In this document: piece by piece, positions 37,406-45,896 of the stretch
Layout of the letters: every line of letters starts with the position of its first letter
Position numbering within the stretch: the first letter of the stretch is position 1
Virus record (IMG/VR): IMGVR_UViG_3300009071_002060
Location: 62,001 to 116,711 of that record
Source: an uncultured virus (IMG/VR IMGVR_UViG_3300009071_002060)
Taxonomy: Duplodnaviria; Heunggongvirae; Uroviricota; Caudoviricetes
DNA: 54,711 nucleotides
Direction: 5' to 3' (one strand)
The notes under the pieces: model-generated
What the model was told of the DNA's origin: nothing
The model's database searches: none
The model's input: the letters and a program-made list of their open reading frames with translations, nothing else
Position numbers and translations under genes: made by a program

Positions 37406-38179
37406 ATGTCATCAGAAATCAACCCATTTAACATTAATGGCAGTTTTCCTATTGCAGGTCAAGACAACGATAGCCAAGGCTTTCGTGATAACTTTACTAA
37501 TACCCGCAATAACTTTAACTTAGCCAAAACAGAATTAGAGGACTTACAGAATAAAGTAGTTCTCAAAAGCCCATTAAGCGGAGAGCTGGCGACAGACGCG
37601 GCTTACAATAATCTTAATGGCACAGTATTAACGGCGCCAGAACTTAAAGCATGGCGCTCAACCAAAGTTCTTAAAGATCCAGCAGGAGCCAGCGTAGACG
37701 TTGACTTCTCAGCAGGAAACTTTTATCAACTTGTAACAAATGCTTCAACAACCTTAAGTTTTTCAGGTTTTCCAAACGATGCTTATTCAGCAATACGTGT
37801 TTGGTTAACAGTTGATGCTTCACATACAGTTACATTACCAAGTGGTGTAATGGTTGGAGCAAGTACAATTGAAGGATTTAATGTAAGTGACGACAGTGTT
37901 ACTTTTGCCGCAACAGGCAGTTATTTGTGGGAAATTAGTTCTTACAATGGTAGCACATTCTTTATTGAAGACTTGAGCAGAAACAGAAATGCAGTAACTA
38001 CACTAGCTATTTCTAATCTTGTTACATTTACTCCATTAGCCGCTGAACCATCTGGTGCAATTGATGGCACTGTGGCAGTAGCAAACGGACTTGCCGCAGG
38101 ATGGGATCCAGCTTCAGTTGGTGGAACAACATCATATCCAGTATACTATGATGGAGCCGCTTGGCACAAGATGATTTAA
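37406..38179 (+). CDS. putative virion structural protein
   Basis: FPIAGQDNDSQGFRDNF N-terminus; last gene of the structural block. Confidence 0.7.
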   Translation: MSSEINPFNINGSFPIAGQDNDSQGFRDNFTNTRNNFNLAKTELEDLQNKVVLKSPLSGELATDAAYNNLNGTVLTAPELKAWRSTKVLKDPAGASVDVDFSAGNFYQLVTNASTTLSFSGFPNDAYSAIRVWLTVDASHTVTLPSGVMVGASTIEGFNVSDDSVTFAATGSYLWEISSYNGSTFFIEDLSRNRNAVTTLAISNLVTFTPLAAEPSGAIDGTVAVANGLAAGWDPASVGGTTSYPVYYDGAAWHKMI

Positions 38180-38198
38180 GGTAATTAACTTACCTTTT
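38178..38198 (+). terminator. weak intrinsic terminator ending the structural block
   Basis: AAGGTAA-TTAAC-TTACCTTTT. Confidence 0.55.
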
Positions 38199-38212
38199 GG
38201 TTGATTTTTACA

Positions 38213-38264
38213 TTGACTCCTTGTTGTAACTAATATATACTATTAGTAATTAGTTCCAAGGAGT
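38213..38264 (+). promoter_or_regulatory. sigma70-like promoter embedded in an SD-sequestering hairpin upstream of mazG
   Basis: TTGACT-17 bp-TATACT; ACTCCTTG (38216-38223) pairs with CAAGGAGT (38257-38264); AACTAAT pairs with ATTAGTT. Confidence 0.65.
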
Positions 38265-38270
38265 TTTTGT

Positions 38271-38684
38271 ATGACTAAAGAAATTGATCTCGACAAATAT
38301 GCCGAGTTTGTTGATGCTGTTACTAGCAATGAAAGTAAAGCAAACAACGATTATATTATGCGTTGGACTACACTTGTAAATCAACGCAATGCCAACCTAC
38401 CTCGAATGTTAACCGCATGCCTCGGACTTAGTGCTGAAGCAGGTGAGTTTACTGAAATTGTTAAAAAAATTGTATTCCAAGGCAAACCATTGGATGACGA
38501 TAACATCTTTCACATGAAGCGTGAGCTTGGTGATGTAATGTGGTATTGGATGCAAGCCTGTATGGCATTAGAGCTTGATCCCAATGATGTCATTGCAGAA
38601 AATGTAAAGAAGTTAGAAGCACGTTATCCTGGAGGTAGCTTTGATGCATTTCAGAGCGAAAATAGGAAAGAAGGAGATTTATGA
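38271..38684 (+). CDS. mazG: MazG-like nucleotide pyrophosphohydrolase
   Basis: GLSAEAGEFTEIVKK, RELGDVMWY and NVKKLEARYP. Confidence 0.9.
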   Translation: MTKEIDLDKYAEFVDAVTSNESKANNDYIMRWTTLVNQRNANLPRMLTACLGLSAEAGEFTEIVKKIVFQGKPLDDDNIFHMKRELGDVMWYWMQACMALELDPNDVIAENVKKLEARYPGGSFDAFQSENRKEGDL

Positions 38685-38872
38685 GTTATCCTAAACGTAC
38701 AGGTCCAAACAGTTGGATAGTAGAAGTAAAACAGGACGGAAAATCAAAAGAACTATACTTAGAGTTTCCGGTTGGCAGTATTGATCAAGCTGGTTGGGAT
38801 GTCGGTGATGATCTTATTTGGGAAGAATTAGATGAAAAAACATGGTCAATATCTAAAAAAGAAACACAATGA
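38681..38872 (+). CDS. AbrB/MazE-like small DNA-binding protein
   Basis: LYLEFP..SIDQAGWDVGDDLIW swapped-hairpin pattern. Confidence 0.6.
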   Translation: MSYPKRTGPNSWIVEVKQDGKSKELYLEFPVGSIDQAGWDVGDDLIWEELDEKTWSISKKETQ

Positions 38873-39078
38873 GTGGACAAAGACGTTATCTAAGAGTTTG
38901 GGCTAGAACAGTTGGTATGCCAATTGGTTTAAATGATGAAGATAAACCAGAGTTTCTTCCTATTACTCAAACAGAGGTACGTAGGGCTTTAGCCTTTCGT
39001 ACTTTTTGGATTGTATTACATGTACTAACATGTTTTATGATTATAGCTGGAAATGCTAAAGCATTAGGCTGGTGGTGA
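38869..39078 (+). CDS. small membrane protein
   Basis: C-terminal hydrophobic helix; coupled start. Confidence 0.7.
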   Translation: MSGQRRYLRVWARTVGMPIGLNDEDKPEFLPITQTEVRRALAFRTFWIVLHVLTCFMIIAGNAKALGWW

Positions 39079-39157
39079 TACCAAACCATTTAAAAATTGC
39101 AAAAAACGCAAGATACGACAATAAGTAATGTTGTATAAACGACATAAGGAGAAAACA

Positions 39158-39346
39158 ATGTCAGCAAGTAAATCAGAAATGGAAGCACATATGGCTTCAT
39201 TTTTAGCAGAGCATGAAAAATTCACTGGTGGTAATGCATCAGCTGGTACTCGTGCAAGAAAAGCACTTAGTGAAATGTCAAAGTTGGCAAAGGTAATTCG
39301 TAACGAAATTACTGCTGAAAAGAATGCACGAAAAGAAGGCAAGTAG
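39158..39346 (+). CDS. histone H1-like (Hc1-type) small basic protein
   Basis: KF..GNASAGTRARKALSEMSKLAKVIRNEI; AAGGAG SD before ATG 39158. Confidence 0.8.
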   Translation: MSASKSEMEAHMASFLAEHEKFTGGNASAGTRARKALSEMSKLAKVIRNEITAEKNARKEGK

Positions 39347-39351
39347 TTTCA

Positions 39352-39603
39352 ATGCACCCTCTTGGTAGCGATCTGTCTGAATTGAGTGACTCTGATTTAC
39401 AAGAACGTATTTCAGAATTGCATCAAAAAAGAATGACAGCAAATCGAGTTGGCAGTATGGATTTACTGAGACAAATTGATATGTTGTTAGCAGATTGTAA
39501 CCAAGAGGTGTACGACCGCAATGCAAAGATTATGCATAAAATGGATACTAAACGTGAAGAGAGCGGTTTAGATAAACTTATTAATGTATCGAAAAAGAAA
39601 TGA
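39352..39603 (+). CDS. hypothetical coiled-coil protein
   Basis: MHPL..DLSELSD.DL pattern. Confidence 0.7.
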   Translation: MHPLGSDLSELSDSDLQERISELHQKRMTANRVGSMDLLRQIDMLLADCNQEVYDRNAKIMHKMDTKREESGLDKLINVSKKK

Positions 39604-40121
39604 TTAACTACGATAAATTTGGACAAGCATATTGCACACAGGAAGATTTATGTGATGTATTATACAAAAATCCTAACCAAGATATTTCAAAGTTTCTCTT
39701 AGTACAAGAAGAAACAGATTTATATAATAAGTCTGTTGAACGTTACTTTAATCAAGTACCAACAATCAATGCATACAAAATGCTTGATGGTGACATTGAA
39801 GACTTTGATAATTTTAATCAATCCCATTGGGATATGCCCAATGAGTATAAAGAATTAGACATCTGTGCATGGTTACTTGAACAATGCAATCACGACACAG
39901 AATTACAAAGAGTAGGAGAAGAACTTTTACTCTATCAAGAAAGAGATTTATTTGACTTGCTTAAATTTCTTAAGTATTTTATTGACACACTTAGATCTAA
40001 CGATATAGTATGGGGTGTTGGTAGAGGAAGTAGTGTAGCAAGTTTCGTGTTATACCTAATAGGTGTACACAAAATTAACAGTATATATTACGATTTAGAT
40101 ATCAGTGAATTTTTACGATAA
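39600..40121 (+). CDS. DNA polymerase III alpha (DnaE) fragment, one piece of a split family C polymerase
   Basis: RV.EEL...WGVGRGSSVASFVLYLIGVHKINSI.YDL...EFLR*; ends just before the PDIDID motif. Confidence 0.8.
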   Translation: MINYDKFGQAYCTQEDLCDVLYKNPNQDISKFLLVQEETDLYNKSVERYFNQVPTINAYKMLDGDIEDFDNFNQSHWDMPNEYKELDICAWLLEQCNHDTELQRVGEELLLYQERDLFDLLKFLKYFIDTLRSNDIVWGVGRGSSVASFVLYLIGVHKINSIYYDLDISEFLR

Positions 40122-40152
40122 ATAGTAATATACACATATAACGGAGAATAAC

Positions 40153-40770
40153 ATGGCAGACAAATCAATGTATCGTTCAGCAATGGGAAAGAATATCGAC
40201 ATCGATAGTCTAAGAGTTGCAAACGAAGAATTAATTGCCGTTGGTAACATGAGAGTTAATGCAAGAGGTGATGAATTAGGGCCTGGTGGTGTAGTACTAC
40301 GTTCAAGAGAAGAAGTACTAGCAGATACCAATCCGCCTTCTAAACCAACACCAACCCATGCAACAGCAACTAACCCTAATTTACCAGTCAATGCCCCCAG
40401 AAAAGAAACCCCAAAAACACCAGTGGAGGAAGCAATGGCTCAAGCACCAGTTCCAGTTGAATTTCCAGATGATCTTGGCAACGAAGATGAAGTAGTATTA
40501 AGACCAGATCCGGTCCCTGCTCCAATTCCAGATCCTCAGCCTATAGTTGCTCAACCAGTTCCACAAGTTGTTCCAGACGTAGTTCCGGCACCAACTCCAC
40601 CAGTGGTTGAAGAGCCAGTGGTTGAAGAATCATCAGGATTTATTGAGCCCGGAGCACCAGTTGAAAGAACTGTTAGAGGATCATTGGCGGCATCAGTAGC
40701 AGGTGGAAAAACTGTTACGCAAGAAGCTCAGCCAAATCCAAAAAAAGCAAACGGTCCAAGGAGACTATAA
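40153..40770 (+). CDS. hypothetical Pro-rich late protein
   Basis: YRSAMGK.ID...AVGNMRVNARGDELGPGG; TAAATA at 40119; GGAG SD. Confidence 0.8.
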   Translation: MADKSMYRSAMGKNIDIDSLRVANEELIAVGNMRVNARGDELGPGGVVLRSREEVLADTNPPSKPTPTHATATNPNLPVNAPRKETPKTPVEEAMAQAPVPVEFPDDLGNEDEVVLRPDPVPAPIPDPQPIVAQPVPQVVPDVVPAPTPPVVEEPVVEESSGFIEPGAPVERTVRGSLAASVAGGKTVTQEAQPNPKKANGPRRL

Positions 40771-40773
40771 TTA

Positions 40774-40914
40774 ATGGCTAAGAAATTAATGTCGGGTAAA
40801 GATCCAAAAGCAAAAGGTAAAAAAGTATCGCATGGTAACTCACATGCCAGTGCTGATGAAGTACGGTGGGACGAAACTGCACACAAATGGGTAACAAGAA
40901 ATAAAGGAAACTAA
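40774..40914 (+). CDS. small basic protein (46 aa)
   Basis: Manually translated MAKKLMSGKDPKAKGKK...; AGGAG SD; fills the gap exactly. Confidence 0.6.
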   Translation: MAKKLMSGKDPKAKGKKVSHGNSHASADEVRWDETAHKWVTRNKGN

Positions 40915-40915
40915 A

Positions 40916-41290
40916 ATGTCAAACTATCTACCAATACATAGTTCAAGTGGAATCAGAGCATTGCGTGATCACGTTATAGTTGAAGATATTCAATTTGGTG
41001 AACGTAAAACATCTGGTGGTATTATTGTTCTTGATGACGATGGAAAAACTCAAGGCATCCGTGCTAGATGGGCTAAAGTACATGCAGTTGGTCCAGAACA
41101 AACAGATGTTAAAGTAGGACAATGGGTTCTAATTGAACACGGTCGTTGGACACGAGCACTTAAAATTGAAATTGAAAGTGTAGTTAAAATGATTTCTCGT
41201 GCTGATAACGATGGTATTCTTGCTGTCAGTGATGATGCACCAGACGATAATGCTGAAACATGGGCATCGTCGAGTGTAATGCATGCCTAA
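40916..41290 (+). CDS. groES: co-chaperonin GroES (Cpn10)-like
   Basis: ALRDHVIV, KTSGGIIV, AVGP, VKVGQWVL and ILAV. Confidence 0.85.
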   Translation: MSNYLPIHSSSGIRALRDHVIVEDIQFGERKTSGGIIVLDDDGKTQGIRARWAKVHAVGPEQTDVKVGQWVLIEHGRWTRALKIEIESVVKMISRADNDGILAVSDDAPDDNAETWASSSVMHA

Positions 41291-41444
41291 ATGGGGTGTT
41301 GAATACGAGCCGAGAATTGAAGATCCGGTTATCGTTGCAAAGTTTGATACTAAAGATGAAGCAACTGCTCATTTAGAGTATATAAAAAATGTAAGACCAA
41401 AAGCAAGTCCATATCATACAATAGTGGAGATTGATGATGCATGA
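41283..41444 (+). CDS. small hypothetical protein (53 aa)
   Basis: Manually translated MPKWGVEYEPRIEDP...; overlaps both neighbours and fills the gap. Confidence 0.55.
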   Translation: MPKWGVEYEPRIEDPVIVAKFDTKDEATAHLEYIKNVRPKASPYHTIVEIDDA

Positions 41445-41700
41445 AGTTCGAATACAATCAGATAAAGTTACTCAACGAGGACGTTGGGTTGGTGAAGAAT
41501 CCGGAACCAGTGTTGAAGGTGGTGCGTTGAATGCAAACTATCGAGATACCGAAGCACTTGCTATTGTAGCAAATCGTTTGGGACAATATAGTTTAGAATA
41601 TGGTAAAGATTTCCATTTTAAGACTTGCGGATTAGACGAAATTGTGTTAGAATTTAACGATAATAAAGATGCACTTCTCGCACATTTGAAATGGATATAA
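41431..41700 (+). CDS. hypothetical protein
   Basis: GGAG SD; exact start codon uncertain. Confidence 0.65.
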   Translation: MMMHEVRIQSDKVTQRGRWVGEESGTSVEGGALNANYRDTEALAIVANRLGQYSLEYGKDFHFKTCGLDEIVLEFNDNKDALLAHLKWI

Positions 41701-41703
41701 CAC

Positions 41704-42633
41704 ATGAAAGAACTTTGGACAGAAAAATACAGGCCTGCAACTGTATCCGACTACGTATTTACAGACCAACAACAACGCTCACAAGTTGAAAGCTGGGTAA
41801 AAGATCAAACTATTCCACACTTGTTACTAAGTGGAAGCCCAGGAACAGGCAAAACAACTCTTGCTAAAGTTTTAATTAACGAACTAAACATTCAAGACTT
41901 TGATATTTTACACATCAATGCCAGTAGAGATAATGGTGTAGACTTTATTAAAAGTAGAGTTGAAACATTTGTACAAACAATGCCATTTGGTGAGTTTAAG
42001 ATTGTTTTATTAGACGAAGCTGATTACCTCTCGCACAACGCACAAGCTATTATGCGTGGACTAATGGAAACATATCACGAAGCGGCAAGGTTTATTTTTA
42101 CTTGTAATCTTCCACATAAAATTATGCCAGCATTGCATAGTAGATGCCAAGGCTTCCATATCAGTAAAACAGATCATGTTGAGTTTACTGCAAGAGCGGC
42201 AACTATCTTGGTTGGAGAAAGTGTTGAGTTTGAACTTGATATCCTTGACAGTTATGTAAAAGCAACATATCCAGACTTGCGTAAATGTTTGAATTTGCTA
42301 CAAGCAAATAGTATTGAAGGAGTTCTTAGTAGCCCAGGTGAAAACGATTCAGCAGTACATGATTGGAAACTTGGTGCAGTTGATTTGTTTAAGAATGGTG
42401 ACATTCTTAAAGGTAGAGAAACTATTTGTAAACAAGCAAGTGTTGAAGATATTGACGAAATGTTTCGCTGGATGTACGACAACCTTGAGCTATGGAGTGA
42501 TACGCCAGATGGACAAGACAAAGCAATCCTTGCAATTCGTGATGGTATGGTCAATCATAGTATGGTAGCAGATCCTGAAATTAATTTAAGTGCAACTCTA
42601 GTAGAATTAACAACTATTAACAATGAAACGTAA
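41704..42633 (+). CDS. sliding-clamp loader AAA+ subunit (RFC small / T4 gp44-like)
   Basis: LWTEKYRP, GSPGTGKTT, INASRD, LDEAD, SRC and DLRK. Confidence 0.93.
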   Translation: MKELWTEKYRPATVSDYVFTDQQQRSQVESWVKDQTIPHLLLSGSPGTGKTTLAKVLINELNIQDFDILHINASRDNGVDFIKSRVETFVQTMPFGEFKIVLLDEADYLSHNAQAIMRGLMETYHEAARFIFTCNLPHKIMPALHSRCQGFHISKTDHVEFTARAATILVGESVEFELDILDSYVKATYPDLRKCLNLLQANSIEGVLSSPGENDSAVHDWKLGAVDLFKNGDILKGRETICKQASVEDIDEMFRWMYDNLELWSDTPDGQDKAILAIRDGMVNHSMVADPEINLSATLVELTTINNET

Positions 42634-43060
42634 AGACGTATATATAACTGCCAAGTATACCCGAGTACTTCGTGACGGTGTAGATAAGACCCTTAAAGGG
42701 TGGAAAACCGATGAAAACAACTGGTCATGGACCGAAAGAGTTGAAGTTACGAACCGTATGAAGAAGCAAAAAAAGATCGATAACCAAGTGGTAGTTAATG
42801 TAACAAAAAGAGAAGTTCTTAAGAACGATATAGGTGCAACAGGTACAGTGCCTAATTTTTGGCTTACGTGGGACTATTTCTGTCGCACAAACGGTAAGTA
42901 TATACAAGAAACCATGATTCCGTTGGATGATAGATTATTTAAAGATGTAATGGCTGAAATGGATCTTAAGAAGTTTGAAGCTGAAATGCACAAGAAGCAA
43001 TTAGAAGAAGATTTAAATGAACAAATCAATGTACAAACAGAAAAAGAAGAGAGCAGTTAA
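42623..43060 (+). CDS. hypothetical protein
   Basis: 145-aa ORF overlapping the clamp loader end. Confidence 0.7.
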   Translation: MKRKDVYITAKYTRVLRDGVDKTLKGWKTDENNWSWTERVEVTNRMKKQKKIDNQVVVNVTKREVLKNDIGATGTVPNFWLTWDYFCRTNGKYIQETMIPLDDRLFKDVMAEMDLKKFEAEMHKKQLEEDLNEQINVQTEKEESS

Positions 43061-43247
43061 TCCTAACATTGTTCGCCCTAATCTGTTTAGCCACGAAAAA
43101 ACTATTAAAGAACAAGCTCAAACCCTTGGTGAAATGTCTCATCGTACTGACACATTGAGTCGTACAATTGAAGCACAAAATACACGAATACACAACCTCG
43201 AAACTACAGTATCGCAATTATTAGAAGTTTTACGTAGACGAGGTTAA
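43017..43247 (+). CDS. hypothetical coiled-coil protein
   Basis: 76 aa with a heptad-like C-terminus. Confidence 0.65.
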   Translation: MNKSMYKQKKKRAVNPNIVRPNLFSHEKTIKEQAQTLGEMSHRTDTLSRTIEAQNTRIHNLETTVSQLLEVLRRRG

Positions 43248-44122
43248 CTTAATATTTCCTTTAAAAGAAACTTACGAACAGCAAGTCCATTAGACATTTG
43301 TTCAAAGTACCTAGCACGTGGATCGTCATCGAACCATGTAGGCAATTCGTCAACCCTTGGTAACGGATGCATAACAATACACTTTTGATTTAGATGTTCA
43401 ACATCGCCTTCTTCAAACTTATATGATGCCCATGCTCCACGTTCAGCTTGAACTCGAGTGATATACAATACATCAGACTCTTGTAATACTGAATAGTTAA
43501 GTTCATTAAATGAAGCAAACGAAGGATCACTATAATCCATTGGTAACTGTAAGTTTGGTGGGCTAACTAGATTTACTTTACAATTAAACATCTTAAGCAC
43601 ATTAACCAAACTATGCACAGTTCTACCAAATTTTAAATCGCCCATTACTGTTATTGTAAGGCCATCTAGTGTTTGATATTCTTTATATATTGTATATAAG
43701 TCAAGCAGTGTTTGTGTTGGATGTTCGCCAACTCCGTCTCCAGCATTTATAATAGGTACATCACTAACTTCAGTCGCACGTAAAGCCGAACCAACTTCAG
43801 GATGTCTAAGTACAATACAATGCGTATAACTTCCTAAAGTGCGTATTGTATCTTCTAATGTTTCACCTTTGCTAACACTAGAATACTGTACATTATTGAT
43901 GCTGAGAACTTCATGTCCAAGATATTTTGCCGCCGCATAGAAACTAGAACTAGTTCGTGTACTAGGCTCATAAAATAGATTGCAAATTAATTTTTTAGTT
44001 TGGGATTCTTGGAATACTTTTAGTTTGCTAGTTTCGGACTTTTGAATTTTGTCCAATAGTAGCATTATAGATAATTTAGTATAATTGTTTAAGGTAATAA
44101 AATGTCTACCTTGTTTTATCAA
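43244..44122 (-). CDS. pyrB: aspartate carbamoyltransferase catalytic subunit
   Basis: FYEPSTRT, SSVSKGETLEDT, NAGDG.GEHPTQ, GDLKFGRTVHS, RVQAER and HPLPR. Confidence 0.95.
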   Translation of the reverse strand: MIKQGRHFITLNNYTKLSIMLLLDKIQKSETSKLKVFQESQTKKLICNLFYEPSTRTSSSFYAAAKYLGHEVLSINNVQYSSVSKGETLEDTIRTLGSYTHCIVLRHPEVGSALRATEVSDVPIINAGDGVGEHPTQTLLDLYTIYKEYQTLDGLTITVMGDLKFGRTVHSLVNVLKMFNCKVNLVSPPNLQLPMDYSDPSFASFNELNYSVLQESDVLYITRVQAERGAWASYKFEEGDVEHLNQKCIVMHPLPRVDELPTWFDDDPRARYFEQMSNGLAVRKFLLKEILS

Positions 44123-44165
44123 AATCCGTCTCCACTTCCTTTGACGTTATATTACTTATGCTTAA

Positions 44166-44831
44166 TTAACGCCAATAGAATCCTAAGCGTTTGGATTCGG
44201 ATTGTCCATGTGCATCATAAACAGATTCTTTAAAAGTATATCCTGCATCAGCTAATGTTAAATGACTTGACATCGCATTTTCACCGTCGTCCCAAATTGG
44301 GATTATTTCTTTTGCATTCTGTGGGAACCATTCATTGTGATGTAAATGTATTTCAATGATCTTGTCTCCAATCCATTCAATATTAAACTTGAAAAGACTG
44401 TGTAAATCTTTGACTATAAATGGTGGTATTTCAAGCTGAGGTAATTCCTTTACATCAACTCTTGTCCAACTTGAGTAATGTACATTTTGATCATTCTTGT
44501 GCCCATGAAAACAACGTTGGGGATATATTTCACTTCTATGAGTTGAATAATCAATTGTTAAATGATCTCCATCAAATTTCTCGCACCAAAAGAGGCTAGG
44601 ATCATTTATAGTTTCACCTTCTTTAAGAGTAACAATTTGTGTGTTGGCACTTAATCCTGACAAGTTATATATTGGGCGAATAATGTATTCACCATCATGA
44701 GGCACAGGGGTTCCTGCTGGACCGGCAACATATTCTAATTTTAACGAAAGATCAAGTTTGTTAAAATAAGATCTAAGATGCGGATAACTATCCCAGGCGT
44801 CTTTATCTTTTTTCGGATAAAATTTTGACAT
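44166..44831 (-). CDS. hypothetical protein, possibly ATP-grasp-like
   Basis: YIIRPIYNLSG...FWCEKFDG.HLTIDY...NIEWIGDKIIEIHL pattern. Confidence 0.6.
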   Translation of the reverse strand: MSKFYPKKDKDAWDSYPHLRSYFNKLDLSLKLEYVAGPAGTPVPHDGEYIIRPIYNLSGLSANTQIVTLKEGETINDPSLFWCEKFDGDHLTIDYSTHRSEIYPQRCFHGHKNDQNVHYSSWTRVDVKELPQLEIPPFIVKDLHSLFKFNIEWIGDKIIEIHLHHNEWFPQNAKEIIPIWDDGENAMSSHLTLADAGYTFKESVYDAHGQSESKRLGFYWR

Positions 44832-44848
44832 TGTAGTACAAAGAAGAA

Positions 44849-44871
44849 ATAAGAGGGAAAACCCCTCTTAT
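44849..44871 (-). terminator. hairpin, probable minus-strand terminator
   Basis: ATAAGAGGG-AAAAC-CCCTCTTAT; on the minus strand followed by TTCTTCTTT. Confidence 0.6.
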
Positions 44872-44897
44872 CTCAATAATCTATAATAACCTTTGTG

Positions 44898-45233
44898 TTA
44901 TGAAGTAACAGTTTTCATGCGTTCTTCCCAATCAGCAGTTGCTGGATCGGGTGCAGGAAGGTCGGAATCATCATATTCTGCAGTGTCCGGTACATCACTA
45001 GAAACACCTTTCATGCGTTCTTCCCAATCAGCTGATGCAGGATCAGGTGCTGGTAAGTTATCTTCTTCACCATCACCATCCATATCAGGTTCTACCCAAC
45101 GTCCGATGATATCATCCCAATGACCGTAATCGTCTGGCCACCAGTCTGGGCGGTTATCTTTGTCAGTGAAAGTAGATTCTTCAGCAAGTTTACTTGCCGC
45201 AATAAAATCTTCTTCAGTTACATTCTCAGCCAT
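44898..45233 (-). CDS. very acidic protein with an internal duplication
   Basis: LPAPDPA[ST]ADWEERMK occurs twice; DNA repeat at about 44913 and 45009. Confidence 0.75.
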   Translation of the reverse strand: MAENVTEEDFIAASKLAEESTFTDKDNRPDWWPDDYGHWDDIIGRWVEPDMDGDGEEDNLPAPDPASADWEERMKGVSSDVPDTAEYDDSDLPAPDPATADWEERMKTVTS

Positions 45234-45517
45234 TATTTGCTCCTTTGCTCTAATTTAGCGATCCTATTTTCAAGTTCATCTATTTTACGAGAGATATTTG
45301 GATTTACCGATCTCCATGCATCCGGCTTTTGATCAAACCATGTCCATCCATATCTGTCACGAACATAATCTAAAATTGAATCCCATTTTCCATATACCCA
45401 CAAACCAATATTAGTATCACGCATATATGCTACAAACAACGCACCAAATACACTTCCTATTATTCCGGTATATATCCAAGTACGATTTGTTGCCATTTCA
45501 GCAATCATGTCCCACAT
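45233..45517 (-). CDS. small membrane protein
   Basis: GAGG SD; TAAATA at 45546-45551 on the minus strand; one TM segment. Confidence 0.7.
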   Translation of the reverse strand: MWDMIAEMATNRTWIYTGIIGSVFGALFVAYMRDTNIGLWVYGKWDSILDYVRDRYGWTWFDQKPDAWRSVNPNISRKIDELENRIAKLEQRSK

Positions 45518-45557
45518 ATAGTATCCTCTAATTATATAACAAAACTATTTAGCCAAT

Positions 45558-45896
45558 TTATTCCCATTTCTGGGTATCTTCGTTCCAAATAGTGCCTGCT
45601 GTGGTAGTCTCGCCTAAATTTTTTGCAATTTCGATTGATTGAGCACGTTCCATAACCTCTTGGTCTGTCATTAACTTTGATGTGCTATTTTTGTAGAATT
45701 CTGTAACCAGTTGCTCAGCATCTAACCATGTTCTGTTTTCGTTGCTAACAACTTCTAATAGTCTGGCACCAACATTAAATTGATCACCTAAGGTAACTAA
45801 TTCATTAGCACCTTGTTCAATCATTTCCCAGCTGTCTTGTCCAATGCCTTCCCAAACAAGATCAATACCGCCAAGATGTTCTACTGTATCTGTCAT
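45558..45896 (-). CDS. hypothetical protein
   Basis: GGAG SD; follows the 2OG oxygenase gene. Confidence 0.7.
   Translation of the reverse strand: MTDTVEHLGGIDLVWEGIGQDSWEMIEQGANELVTLGDQFNVGARLLEVVSNENRTWLDAEQLVTEFYKNSTSKLMTDQEVMERAQSIEIAKNLGETTTAGTIWNEDTQKWE

Noticed and set aside
38271..38872. mazG plus AbrB/MazE-like gene as a mazEFG toxin-antitoxin locus
   Set aside because: No MazF/PemK-like toxin is adjacent; the next gene is a small membrane protein.
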